Below are positions 27,607 to 37,353 of a DNA stretch of 64,000 bases, in pieces. The translations under genes and the position numbers were made by a program. Every line of letters starts with the position of its first letter. The first letter of the stretch is position 1. The DNA lies in the sequence record MK268344.1; one strand, given 5' to 3'. The notes beneath the pieces are model-generated. The model saw only the letters and a list, made by a program, of their open reading frames with translations, was not told the DNA's origin and ran no database searches.

Positions 27607-30372
27607 ATGTCATCCAAAAGAGTAATAGGAAATGTTGAGATATTAGGAAATTTAACAATCAACGGAAAGTACGCAATGCGTACTTTCAATCATACAAATC
27701 CAGATCCTAATACTGGTATTATTACATATCCATTTTACACAAGAGGTGAAGTACAAGATATTTTAGATATGCTACCAATATCAAGAATTGGTGAAATGGA
27801 TTATCTTCCAATTAATATTAGTGGTTCTTTTAGTGGGGCAACATCGTATGCTAACGTAAAAAGAATCCAACCAACTATTTTGGAAGATGATGGAACATTT
27901 GTAATTCTTCGTCCGGGTACGAATGGTAGCCAGTTTAATTTTTATTATGCATATGTTAGAAATATTAGAAATATTGAAAATTTATCACAATCTGATATAG
28001 TTCAAACTAATACGATATATAAACCATCATATATGTCTAGTACTCAGAAAATTGAACAATTTTATGGTACAAATGGATACGAACTATTATGGTACAAATT
28101 AAGTAATACAGCAGGTTCAGATTCATATTCAATTACATTAACTAATGGTTCATTTAACGAAGTTGGTCACCAAAGTGTTTTGATTCCCACTTCATCGTTT
28201 CCAAATTATGCACCATCATATGCACATGTGGTTAATGGCATCGTATATATGTGGGGATATGATACATCACTTGGACAAGGTAGGGCTTTAGTACTTTATA
28301 CTATTCCTGTTGACAGCATTCGTGCAGGTAATACAAATGGATTTGTTAAGGTTACTGGTTTTAATGGTTCATCTATTAGAGGTGAAGTATATACTAATTC
28401 AGACACTGCATTAATTTATACAAAATTTCAAAGTAGAAATGATACAGGTGATAATCTATTTGCTATTATGAGCAATTTGATAACAGGTGTAGATTATCAT
28501 GAGTATGCAATTACCAATGCTTTAGCATTTGTAAATCCAGAAGGTAATAAAATACGATTTGCTATGTTTCCAACATATCGATATGGTACAAATTATAATT
28601 TTAGTGATGTAAGAACTTATTGTATTAGTATGGTATATGATATTAGTACTAAAACATTTACATATGATACACCATTAAGAAGTCCTATATCGATTGATGC
28701 AGAAATGCAAAATAGCTCATCAGTAAGATTTATTGAAAATAATCCTTACAAAGTTCAAAGTGTTGTTTGGCGTGGTTTTAATGAAACGTTAGGAAATTGT
28801 GGTACTATTTGTCAAGCCAACGATGGGTTTATGGTGGCGACACGTTCAAGATGGCCTAGTGATGCATCCTTTGGTATTTCATCTAGTAAAATAAATTTAT
28901 TTACAAACCAATTCGATTCAATTAATATGACTAATCGTGCTATTAGTTTCAATACCCAATTAAGAGCAAACCCAACATATGGGTCGGCGGTTGGTGAGAA
29001 CTTAATTGGGCCACGATTCATTAGTAAGTCTCGTATAATTTTAGCATGTTCCGGTACATATGATGGTGTTACATATCCTAGTTATGATACAGTAGCTATT
29101 GCAGATGTTGGTACTGACACTAATTTTACATATGAATCTCTCACTCGTGGTACACTTCAAGGGTATGCACCACAATCCTATCGTAAGATTTTAGCTAATC
29201 CGGGTTCTAAATTTAATGGTTTAGTTACTTTAGTTGATGAATCAGGTAATGTTGCTTCTCATAGTACTTCATTTTGGGGGTCTGGTGCAGGTAAAGATGC
29301 TGGTTTAAATATAAACCCTGATACATTAGAATATGATGGTAATACCGTTTCAGTAGGCGATGGTGTAATGGGTGCATTACGCGATGCTATTATAGCAAAA
29401 GCAGCAATACCAACTGATGCGTCAGCTACGATAGGTTTATATTATGTGCCAGAACAATCTTTTTCCAAAAGTTTTGGCGTAGTCATGATTCGTTATCCTG
29501 ATAACACAGGTAAGTTCGTTGTTGCTGAAGTTGATGTTACAACAAGCACTTCCAACAATCATATTACAATAACAGGAGCAAGTGTTTATAGTACTAGAGT
29601 TTGGAATCGTCAAAATATTTCATCGGTTGGTTATGTAAATTTAGACCGTTATCCGGGAATATATGTAGGTAAGTATAATGGTTTTAACTACGTCAGTGTT
29701 CACAGTGTTGCACAATTCGGTATTCCGGGTGATGCTCGAACGTATACAATGATAGGTAAAATAAAGAATGGTGTAATACAATCAAACTTCTTTAATGAAT
29801 CATACTACTTAGATACTTATGGTCTTGTAGGTGGGGTATTACCGGGAATTGGATTTGGGTATTACGACAACGGAAAAGCAAATGACTATCAAACTAAATC
29901 AGTATTCCAGTTGTATGGAACAACTGAAGCACAAATGGATGCAATGATAGCAAGAACCGGAACCCCAATACGTGAAGTTGTTGTCATTTCTCAAGAAGTT
30001 CCTGAAGGTTTTGATGTATATTTCACACAAGAGTTACCAGTGTTTCTTGGTGGTTTATACTACAAATTACCAATTCAAACTATGAATTTAAGGTCTATTA
30101 AAGATAATCCAGCCAATTCAACATTTTACATATACATAACAATGGATCGTTCAGAGAAAAAAGCCAGTTATGTTATCAGTGAATCATTGTTGGATGAGAC
30201 CTTGACAAGAGTCTATATTGGTCGTATAATAACAGGAAACGTTGGTATTGATACAATTGAATCTGAAAAGGTTACTCGATTTTTAACATACCGTCCAAGT
30301 ACTACAAAACGTGGTTCGGCAATACCAGCAAGTACTGGTGTCCCTTCAGGAACTGGAGCACGCTGGAAATAA
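27607..30372 (+). CDS. tail fibre/baseplate-associated structural protein (paralog 3)
   Basis: AAGGA RBS before ATG 27607; LEDDGTFVILRPGTNGS and NPANSTFYIY shared with paralog 1. Confidence 0.7.
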   Translation: MSSKRVIGNVEILGNLTINGKYAMRTFNHTNPDPNTGIITYPFYTRGEVQDILDMLPISRIGEMDYLPINISGSFSGATSYANVKRIQPTILEDDGTFVILRPGTNGSQFNFYYAYVRNIRNIENLSQSDIVQTNTIYKPSYMSSTQKIEQFYGTNGYELLWYKLSNTAGSDSYSITLTNGSFNEVGHQSVLIPTSSFPNYAPSYAHVVNGIVYMWGYDTSLGQGRALVLYTIPVDSIRAGNTNGFVKVTGFNGSSIRGEVYTNSDTALIYTKFQSRNDTGDNLFAIMSNLITGVDYHEYAITNALAFVNPEGNKIRFAMFPTYRYGTNYNFSDVRTYCISMVYDISTKTFTYDTPLRSPISIDAEMQNSSSVRFIENNPYKVQSVVWRGFNETLGNCGTICQANDGFMVATRSRWPSDASFGISSSKINLFTNQFDSINMTNRAISFNTQLRANPTYGSAVGENLIGPRFISKSRIILACSGTYDGVTYPSYDTVAIADVGTDTNFTYESLTRGTLQGYAPQSYRKILANPGSKFNGLVTLVDESGNVASHSTSFWGSGAGKDAGLNINPDTLEYDGNTVSVGDGVMGALRDAIIAKAAIPTDASATIGLYYVPEQSFSKSFGVVMIRYPDNTGKFVVAEVDVTTSTSNNHITITGASVYSTRVWNRQNISSVGYVNLDRYPGIYVGKYNGFNYVSVHSVAQFGIPGDARTYTMIGKIKNGVIQSNFFNESYYLDTYGLVGGVLPGIGFGYYDNGKANDYQTKSVFQLYGTTEAQMDAMIARTGTPIREVVVISQEVPEGFDVYFTQELPVFLGGLYYKLPIQTMNLRSIKDNPANSTFYIYITMDRSEKKASYVISESLLDETLTRVYIGRIITGNVGIDTIESEKVTRFLTYRPSTTKRGSAIPASTGVPSGTGARWK

Positions 30373-30378
30373 TCAATT

Positions 30379-30409
30379 TGAGGTTGTCTATTGACAGCCT
30401 CATTTTTTT
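30379..30409 (+). terminator. intrinsic terminator
   Basis: TGAGGTTGTC-TATT-GACAGCCTCA plus T run. Confidence 0.85.
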
Positions 30410-30419
30410 CGTGTATTAT
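30391..30419 (+). promoter_or_regulatory. sigma70-type promoter
   Basis: TTGACA-N17-TATTAT with TG. Confidence 0.7.
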
Positions 30420-30439
30420 AATGTAAAAAAGGAGGGATT

Positions 30440-31015
30440 ATGGCAAAAGTGGTAAAACCTATCACACCCGAACAGGCATATTTCAAGACCATCACACTAT
30501 CACAAATTCCAGAAAATGAAGAATCTCAACTTTACACTTTGATGTGTGTGAAGAGTGTGGTCATGCTTAAAAAATTTGTCCAAAAATGGGGAGATTGTGG
30601 TCGCAAATTGTTGGTAGAGGTTAAGTACAAGTTGAGTAATTGTCCTTTAACATATCTCATGATTAGGGATCTAGTACAAGATACTGAAAGATGGGACATT
30701 CCTGATGCACCACAATTTGGTTTCGTTCGTTATCGTTTTGTTGATACAAAAACCAAACATGATTTCACTCTTTACAATCACAGTCGTGGTATACCACGTG
30801 GATATTACCGTGAAGAGAATGAAAAATATTCCAAATATGATTCTGCATCTATTAAATTGTACTTCAATGGAGAACATGAAATGTTCAATGACAATGAAAA
30901 AGTTATTGTTGCCAAAGTACTAGATACACATGCAGCCATGCGTGAAAACTTAAAAGAGTTAAAGCGTCAACAAAAGATCATTAAAAGTACAGATACACTG
31001 AAGGGGCTATATTAA
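30440..31015 (+). CDS. hypothetical protein
   Basis: AGGAGG RBS. Confidence 0.8.
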   Translation: MAKVVKPITPEQAYFKTITLSQIPENEESQLYTLMCVKSVVMLKKFVQKWGDCGRKLLVEVKYKLSNCPLTYLMIRDLVQDTERWDIPDAPQFGFVRYRFVDTKTKHDFTLYNHSRGIPRGYYREENEKYSKYDSASIKLYFNGEHEMFNDNEKVIVAKVLDTHAAMRENLKELKRQQKIIKSTDTLKGLY

Positions 31016-31635
31016 TGAGTTCAGTTACTGAAGTTCTTTCCAATATGATGTATTCAGATAACCCATTCGTTGTAAAAAAGATTTATGAATATGACGATGA
31101 TACAAACGTAGATAATATTAGAAAGTGTGCAATAAACATTAAGTACTGGTATGCTTCTATGCCAGAGGAATGTAAGAGTATATTTCATAAAGTCATTGAG
31201 AATAAAACTTTTAGTATTCATGAAGGTTATACTCAGATCGATCTAAGGAACATAACACACGATATTGGTCTTAGTGGTCTATATCCACGTTATGAGAATG
31301 GGCCTAAAAAAGCCAAGTCATATAGTGAAGCACTTAATGATAAAACTCTTTTATGTCCAGATACACCAGATTATAAAAAATTCATGCTTTATGATGACGA
31401 TAATAACTTCTATTTCTTGGTTACTATGAGTAAGATTTCTTTAGCTAATGCAGATGGAAGTGATATTGTAGTACTCAATTCTGAACCGCGTCATGCATTA
31501 CTTATCTATTGTGCTATCCGTGGTGTTAAACTCATTGAAAATAATATCAGAGAATGGGAAGAAAAACAAAAAGAACTTGAATTAAAACGGCAAATCGCGG
31601 AGACATACAATGTTCGGAAAAAAGAAAAAGCATGA
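31015..31635 (+). CDS. hypothetical protein
   Basis: TAATG overlap. Confidence 0.8.
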   Translation: MSSVTEVLSNMMYSDNPFVVKKIYEYDDDTNVDNIRKCAINIKYWYASMPEECKSIFHKVIENKTFSIHEGYTQIDLRNITHDIGLSGLYPRYENGPKKAKSYSEALNDKTLLCPDTPDYKKFMLYDDDNNFYFLVTMSKISLANADGSDIVVLNSEPRHALLIYCAIRGVKLIENNIREWEEKQKELELKRQIAETYNVRKKEKA

Positions 31636-32104
31636 GTATGATGATTACTTTTATGGTTTAGTTATTTCTAAAAGTAAAGCTCTACTAAAATATGTTCAGG
31701 AACATCCTGAAGGTTCGGATTATGCACGTAAACAGATAGTGGATGCTAAGTACAATATTTCTAAAGTTCATCCAGTACTTTATGGTTTGTACAAACGTGC
31801 ATTGCATAAACCACGTATCATTGGAACACAGCATCAAAAATTTCTAATTAATATAGATACTATTGGTATTATGTTTACAATATCAAATGGTAGTGATATT
31901 TTTACTTTACATTTCAATAATGATAAAATTAAGGCCAACAATCATTATGAATTGACAAGTGACGAATTAAATGCTAAAGTCTTCTTGAGTATCTACAAAG
32001 CAATTGGTGTTAAAAAGGAAAATGCAGAAATGATTGATTTCAATATTCAAAGTAGATTGGTAATCAATTCATTAACCGAGAAATACACAAGGGATTATCC
32101 ATGA
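31610..32104 (+). CDS. hypothetical protein
   Basis: GGAG RBS. Confidence 0.8.
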   Translation: MFGKKKKHEYDDYFYGLVISKSKALLKYVQEHPEGSDYARKQIVDAKYNISKVHPVLYGLYKRALHKPRIIGTQHQKFLINIDTIGIMFTISNGSDIFTLHFNNDKIKANNHYELTSDELNAKVFLSIYKAIGVKKENAEMIDFNIQSRLVINSLTEKYTRDYP

Positions 32105-32409
32105 ATTATATTACACCAGTACTTGTAAATCGTCACAAAGACGAGTTTGATATCTATATTGGTCGGGGTACAAAATGGGGAAATCCATTCCCAATAGATA
32201 AAGCTAAGGGTCATACCCGGCAAGTTGTTGTTGAAATGTACAGGCAATATCTTTATGAAGGTTTGGAGAATGGGGCATTTGAAATTGAGGACTTCTTAGA
32301 GCTTTCGGGTAAAAGAATTGGTTGTTCATGTGCACCTTTAGTTTGCCACGGTGATGTTATTATTGAAGTTTTCAATACTATTGTTGAGATGCTAAATGAC
32401 ACAAAATGA
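32101..32409 (+). CDS. DUF4326-family protein
   Basis: YIGRGTKWGNPF..LSGKRIGCSCAP..CHGDV. Confidence 0.85.
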   Translation: MNYITPVLVNRHKDEFDIYIGRGTKWGNPFPIDKAKGHTRQVVVEMYRQYLYEGLENGAFEIEDFLELSGKRIGCSCAPLVCHGDVIIEVFNTIVEMLNDTK

Positions 32410-32785
32410 TGTTTATAGATTAATAAGGACAATTAAAAATTGCGAAAAGATTAAAGACGAGGATACGTTCTATAGTGTAGATGATAATCGTGTACTACTA
32501 TTTGAGTATAGTCATACTGAAAATAGTTCTTTAAATTTCGTTTGTCCTAAAGACGAAAACGGCGACTTCATATTAGTTGAAATAACAGAAGAAGGAACCG
32601 AATTTACTAAAATTTCCAATAATGGAAGCAAATATGATATAATCGATTTAAGTACTGAAGATAATTTCTTCCAAGAAAGTACAGTATTAGATTTAGGATT
32701 TACTTATGATGAATACTGTTCTATCAGGATGGATTTTTTAAAGTACTATAATGGATTTCTAGATGGGATGACAATTTTTATATGA
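32396..32785 (+). CDS. hypothetical protein, EEEYFxxSTxxDL family
   Basis: TEDNFFQESTVLDL. Confidence 0.75.
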   Translation: MTQNDVYRLIRTIKNCEKIKDEDTFYSVDDNRVLLFEYSHTENSSLNFVCPKDENGDFILVEITEEGTEFTKISNNGSKYDIIDLSTEDNFFQESTVLDLGFTYDEYCSIRMDFLKYYNGFLDGMTIFI

Positions 32786-34023
32786 GTGATAATTTTCTAA
32801 AAGGCCAGATCGTAAAACATTACGCTGGTTCACATGCATATGGAACTAGTACTCCAGAAAGTGATGTTGACTTTCGGGGTATTTTTCTAGCTGACAAGAA
32901 GTATATTCTAACACCTTTCTTCAATGTACGGGAAGTGAATGATCCAAATGAAGAAGATACTAAATTCTTTGAACTTAATCACTTCATGGAATTATGCGTA
33001 GATGCCAACCCAAACATCCTAGAAACTCTATGGGTAGATGATAAAGATATCGTAATGCGTACTGAAATGTACGATCATCTTCGTTCTTATCGTGATGAAT
33101 TTTTGAGTACTAAAATTGCGTACACTTATACTGGTTATGCTCACAACCAAGCAACACGTATGAAAAACCATCATGGTTGGATGGCTAAAGAACAAACAGG
33201 TGAACGCAGATTACGTGATATTTTTGATAAGTATCCTTGCCAACAAGTAATTGATTGGATGTATAACTATTTCCCTGAATATGTAGTTGATCGTATCGAC
33301 ACGTCCAAAGGTAAAGGTGTATACATTAAAGGACTTATTGATTTTGATAAATTCCTTCGTGATAGTTCACTCCAGCTTATTAGTACTGTACCATTGGCAC
33401 AGCACCACTTCGTGCGTTTAGTTCATAACTATTTGCCAGAAAAAGTACTAGATCGCGATTTCAATTTAGCAAATTTCAATTACGATCATGAATTGATTCA
33501 TTACGGTGATAACATTTTTGCTGTTGTTCCTAAGAAAAATAGTAAACTATTGGTGGGTTTGGGTGATTTACTATGGGATAGCAAGAAAGAAAGAACTACA
33601 GAAGAATTAAAAGTAGTTCCTTCTCTAATTGTTAAATTCAACAAGAAAGAGTATGAAGAACTAAATGAAAACCGTAAGCATTACCATGAGTGGAAGAAGA
33701 ATCGTAACAGTAAAAGATCTGAATTGGAATCCATCAATGGTTATGATACAAAACATGCCATGCACGTAGTACGGTTGCTCCGCACAGCAGAAGAAGCATT
33801 AACAACAGGTCAAGTACAAGTACGTAGACCAGATGCAGAAGAACTACTTGCCATCAGAAATGGGGCTTGGAGTTATGAAGAAATGATGAAGTACTTTAGT
33901 GATAAAGAGAAGTATATCCGTGAAGTACTTGTAAAATCATCTCCATTACGCAAAAAAGCTGATATTAAAGTTGCAGCTAAAGTAATGGAAGAACTATATG
34001 AAATGTACTGGTATAAAAAGTGA
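32782..34023 (+). CDS. RlaP-like / Pol-beta-superfamily nucleotidyltransferase
   Basis: GSHAYGTSTPESDVDFRGIF, NPNILE, GYDTKHAMHVVRLL. Confidence 0.88.
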   Translation: MSDNFLKGQIVKHYAGSHAYGTSTPESDVDFRGIFLADKKYILTPFFNVREVNDPNEEDTKFFELNHFMELCVDANPNILETLWVDDKDIVMRTEMYDHLRSYRDEFLSTKIAYTYTGYAHNQATRMKNHHGWMAKEQTGERRLRDIFDKYPCQQVIDWMYNYFPEYVVDRIDTSKGKGVYIKGLIDFDKFLRDSSLQLISTVPLAQHHFVRLVHNYLPEKVLDRDFNLANFNYDHELIHYGDNIFAVVPKKNSKLLVGLGDLLWDSKKERTTEELKVVPSLIVKFNKKEYEELNENRKHYHEWKKNRNSKRSELESINGYDTKHAMHVVRLLRTAEEALTTGQVQVRRPDAEELLAIRNGAWSYEEMMKYFSDKEKYIREVLVKSSPLRKKADIKVAAKVMEELYEMYWYKK

Positions 34024-34030
34024 GGTCAAA

Positions 34031-34459
34031 ATGAGTTATATTCAAGATTACAGAATGCACGTTAACGCAGCAAAAGAACTAGTGGAAAAGCACGGTAAAG
34101 AAATGGTACAATCATTCTTCGAAGACCTATTCAACACGTATCCCAACTTAGATATGGTTTTCATTTATGGTTATACCCCCGGCTTTAACGATGGTGAACC
34201 ATGCTATCATATTCAATATAATATAATCGATTCTGATGAAATCCAAGATTATGTATATGATTATATTGATGATTTGGATGAAGATATTGAAATTAACCAT
34301 AAAATTTCCAATGAACAAAGTCGCGAAATTGACAAGGAAATAGATAGTATTGATGGCCTACTAGAAGAAGAGTACGGTACTGATTGGTACATCCTAGTAA
34401 AACGTAACGAAGATGGTTCAGTTGAGCTACAAGATGGAGATTATGACTGTGGCTACTAA
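34031..34459 (+). CDS. acidic hypothetical protein
   Basis: GAGGT RBS; GYTPGFNDGEPC motif. Confidence 0.8.
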   Translation: MSYIQDYRMHVNAAKELVEKHGKEMVQSFFEDLFNTYPNLDMVFIYGYTPGFNDGEPCYHIQYNIIDSDEIQDYVYDYIDDLDEDIEINHKISNEQSREIDKEIDSIDGLLEEEYGTDWYILVKRNEDGSVELQDGDYDCGY

Positions 34460-34922
34460 TATTGATAAAGAACTAAAAGAAATTGGCAAAAAGCGAGATC
34501 AACAAATCGAATATATAAAAGAGGATGCCCGTCAAAAGGGCATTCAATTAGTACAGCAATTCTTCCAAAGTCTATTTGCTGAAAATGAAAAACTAACTCA
34601 CGTATATGTTACTGGTTATACTCCAGAATGGAATGACGGTGAAGAATGTGTACATGATACTCGTGTGTATATCTTCAATGATATTAAAGGTTGGAGTGAA
34701 ATGGGTGATCTTCTAGAATGTCATCTAGGATGGGATTTGGGTGACGAAGAGAATCCTAACCCAGAATATGCAGCAATAAATGATGGCCTATCCAAGAGCC
34801 AATGCAATGATATTGAAGACCAAATTCCAGTACATGCAATGTCAGAAGCATTCGGTACTAACTGGATTGTAATTGCAACAAGAGACAACGTTACTATTCA
34901 GGAGTTTGAGGTTGGCTACTAA
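34443..34922 (+). CDS. acidic hypothetical protein, paralog of upstream gene
   Basis: GYTPEWNDGEEC motif; start 34443 or GTG 34449. Confidence 0.8.
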   Translation: MTVATNIDKELKEIGKKRDQQIEYIKEDARQKGIQLVQQFFQSLFAENEKLTHVYVTGYTPEWNDGEECVHDTRVYIFNDIKGWSEMGDLLECHLGWDLGDEENPNPEYAAINDGLSKSQCNDIEDQIPVHAMSEAFGTNWIVIATRDNVTIQEFEVGY

Positions 34923-34947
34923 TCTAAATCCAAAAGGTAGTGTGTTG

Positions 34948-35469
34948 ATGAATGTGTTTCAATTTAAACCACCACAACATACTATCGAAGATTTAGTTCT
35001 AAAGTACGAAAAACCTTCTAAAGTACTTTCGTTAGCCGATGATTCATTAAAACCCTTGATTGAAAGAATGATGAAAGTAATGAAACATTTTGATGATAGG
35101 GAAGTTGTTATTGACTATAAAGTACGTTCGTTGAAGTTGGGTGATAGTGGTAGTGGTATCTATGGCTATCACCTTGACTGCTGTAATGATATATGGGATG
35201 ATTTTGAGCCAGAAACGCATCTCATTTACAGTACTGTTATTGGGACTAAATTTATACTTGACGAGATCGATATTACGGGCTATAATACGATTCATGATGT
35301 GTTATCAAATATTTCTTTTGATGAATTTAATGCACCAGTAAATTGGGTACATAAGTACACTAGTAAAGTTCTTCACAGTTGTCCGATTGTGGAGAGTGAT
35401 TGTCAACGCATATTAATCCGTGCTACTGCGGGTTTTAAAGACAGGATAAAACATGCAAAGGGTAAATGA
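34948..35469 (+). CDS. putative 2OG-Fe(II) oxygenase-fold protein
   Basis: YHLD..HLIY..GTKF..VLHS..RILIR (HxD..H..R). Confidence 0.6.
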   Translation: MNVFQFKPPQHTIEDLVLKYEKPSKVLSLADDSLKPLIERMMKVMKHFDDREVVIDYKVRSLKLGDSGSGIYGYHLDCCNDIWDDFEPETHLIYSTVIGTKFILDEIDITGYNTIHDVLSNISFDEFNAPVNWVHKYTSKVLHSCPIVESDCQRILIRATAGFKDRIKHAKGK

Positions 35470-35881
35470 ACTAATTGAAGCAATTATGGAAATCTACTTC
35501 GAAGAAGTAGATACCGTTAAACGTTATATGATTCTTTCTGAATTGGAAAAATCTATCAAAGAAGCACGTTCAGTTACAATAGAACAGATTGAGAGTTTAG
35601 AACATTTTCGGGATATAGTAGATAATAAAGTACCACTAGAGATGCCACAACTTCCAGATGACTATTTTCTAGAAAAAATGTCTGAGGTTGTTTCTAAAGT
35701 CGGTGGTAATAGAGTATTATTGTCTAAGACCTTTAAAATTGGTGATCTAACAGAACTAGAAAACATCGATTCACTTGATGTAGTGGAAATTATCTTGGAA
35801 TTCGAAGAAATTCTTGGAATTGATATTGATCTAGAGATCGATGATGACACAACCCTAGGTGATCTTCTAAATCTACGTTAA
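35453..35881 (+). CDS. protein with C-terminal acyl-carrier-protein domain
   Basis: IDSLDVVEIILEFEEILGIDI matches the ACP DSL phosphopantetheine site. Confidence 0.75.
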   Translation: MQRVNELIEAIMEIYFEEVDTVKRYMILSELEKSIKEARSVTIEQIESLEHFRDIVDNKVPLEMPQLPDDYFLEKMSEVVSKVGGNRVLLSKTFKIGDLTELENIDSLDVVEIILEFEEILGIDIDLEIDDDTTLGDLLNLR

Positions 35882-35886
35882 AAAAT

Positions 35887-35911
35887 AACCCAGCCATGTG
35901 CTGGGTTTTTT
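35887..35911 (+). terminator. intrinsic terminator
   Basis: AACCCAGC-CATGT-GCTGGGTT plus T run. Confidence 0.85.
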
Positions 35912-35912
35912 C

Positions 35913-35957
35913 ATATGTCCTCCTAAATAATTATACATTAACTAAGGAGGATATATG
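35913..35957 (+). promoter_or_regulatory. late promoter (TAAATA) inside RBS-sequestering hairpin
   Basis: ATATGTCCTCCT pairs with AGGAGGATATAT; TAAATA 35924-35929. Confidence 0.75.
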
Positions 35958-36308
35958 GACTTTACCTTATTGCGTAAGTTTTGGAAACCTATTGCAGTAT
36001 TAGTACTAGTAATCGGGTCATTTTGGGGTGGTTGGAAGGCTAATGAAGTATATCATGGCTATAAAGAAAATCTAGAAGCCAGAATTGAGAAGAAGTTTGA
36101 TGAAGGTCTATCTAAGATCCAAGCACAAGGTGCACAGAACTTAATAGATACACAAGAACTTCTCAAGAAAAATAAAGCGGAAATCATTGAAAAAGAAGTT
36201 CCTATTATTATTGAGAGAAAAGTATATCAGAATCCATCACTTGATCAGGATGGTGTGGAAGTACTAAGGAAGCTCAAGGAAGAATCTGCTAAAAAGAGGA
36301 CGAAATAA
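35955..36308 (+). CDS. inner-membrane spanin (Rz-like)
   Basis: N-terminal TM helix plus coiled periplasmic part, upstream of a lipoprotein. Confidence 0.8.
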   Translation: MDFTLLRKFWKPIAVLVLVIGSFWGGWKANEVYHGYKENLEARIEKKFDEGLSKIQAQGAQNLIDTQELLKKNKAEIIEKEVPIIIERKVYQNPSLDQDGVEVLRKLKEESAKKRTK

Positions 36309-36646
36309 TGAGAAAAATATTTCTAGCAATAATCACTGCTTTTGCTATAATATTTGCACTTACTGGATGTGCTGATAAAGTACGAGGTGATGTTAAGCCC
36401 ATAATTGTACAAGAATCTCTTCTAAAGAAGTGTACTTCTGATACACCACTACCAGAAAACCCAGCACGGGATGCTAATGGGAAAATTATGGTTGACGAAG
36501 AAGGTCGAGTACTGTATGATGGTAAGGAAACGATGAGAGTACTCATCAAATGGGATGATATTTACACAGATTGTGCAACTACACATGATTCGTTAGTAGA
36601 TACAATTCGTAAACTTCAAGAAACAAAAGAAATCCAAACCAAATAA
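36308..36646 (+). CDS. outer-membrane spanin lipoprotein (Rz1-like)
   Basis: ALTGC lipobox, Pro-rich segment, late C..HDSL. Confidence 0.8.
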   Translation: MRKIFLAIITAFAIIFALTGCADKVRGDVKPIIVQESLLKKCTSDTPLPENPARDANGKIMVDEEGRVLYDGKETMRVLIKWDDIYTDCATTHDSLVDTIRKLQETKEIQTK

Positions 36647-36658
36647 GAGGCGACTACT

Positions 36659-37297
36659 ATGCTAGGTTATACCGTTAAGAAAGTACTACCACTTGAAGTT
36701 CTGGAATCATTAGAAACTCATGGTTCTATGAAATCTGCAACCGTTGATGGGATTACGTTTAATTATTTCCCAGAAAAGATTGCAACATTTCTTAAGAATA
36801 ATAAATGTATTTGCTGTGGAATACAAGCACATGAAGTACGTTTAGAAGAAGGTAAAGGTACTCATGCCATCTATGGTAATGTTCACCTTAACGTGTATGC
36901 TAAACATATCACGACTTGGGGAGAGTATTGGGATCTAATGACAGTAGATCATGCCATTCTCAAATCAAGAAACGGCCCTGATACTCAAGAAAACTTTAAT
37001 ACTATGTGTCGGAAGTGTAATAAACTTCGCGGTTCACGTTATCCCAATCTTCAAGACTTTCTATCTCGCTATGCAGAGCACGGAGAGTCTTTGATTACAA
37101 GTCGTGCTACATCTCTTCATCATTACCGTTTACGTAAACGTGAACAGGGTACAGAAGAATATAAAGCTATCGTGAAGCATCGTAATGAGATGCGTGAAGC
37201 AAAGGTCGCTGAGTATCTTAACGGTCTTTGTGCATCTCATGTAGGAGCTTACAATCGCCACAACAAAGCCTTGAAAAAAGCATTGACAGTAGGTTGA
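36659..37297 (+). CDS. HNH endonuclease-domain protein
   Basis: CICC..TVDHAILKSRNG..ENFNTMCRKCNKLRG. Confidence 0.8.
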   Translation: MLGYTVKKVLPLEVLESLETHGSMKSATVDGITFNYFPEKIATFLKNNKCICCGIQAHEVRLEEGKGTHAIYGNVHLNVYAKHITTWGEYWDLMTVDHAILKSRNGPDTQENFNTMCRKCNKLRGSRYPNLQDFLSRYAEHGESLITSRATSLHHYRLRKREQGTEEYKAIVKHRNEMREAKVAEYLNGLCASHVGAYNRHNKALKKALTVG

Positions 37298-37311
37298 AAA
37301 TACGATATTAT
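37283..37311 (+). promoter_or_regulatory. sigma70-type promoter
   Basis: TTGACA-N17-TATTAT. Confidence 0.7.
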
Positions 37312-37342
37312 AAAGGGAAATCCACATGGGTTTCCTTTTTTT
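37312..37342 (+). terminator. intrinsic terminator
   Basis: AAAGGGAAATCC-ACAT-GGGTTTCCTTTT. Confidence 0.8.
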
Positions 37343-37353
37343 ATGGAGAAAAT

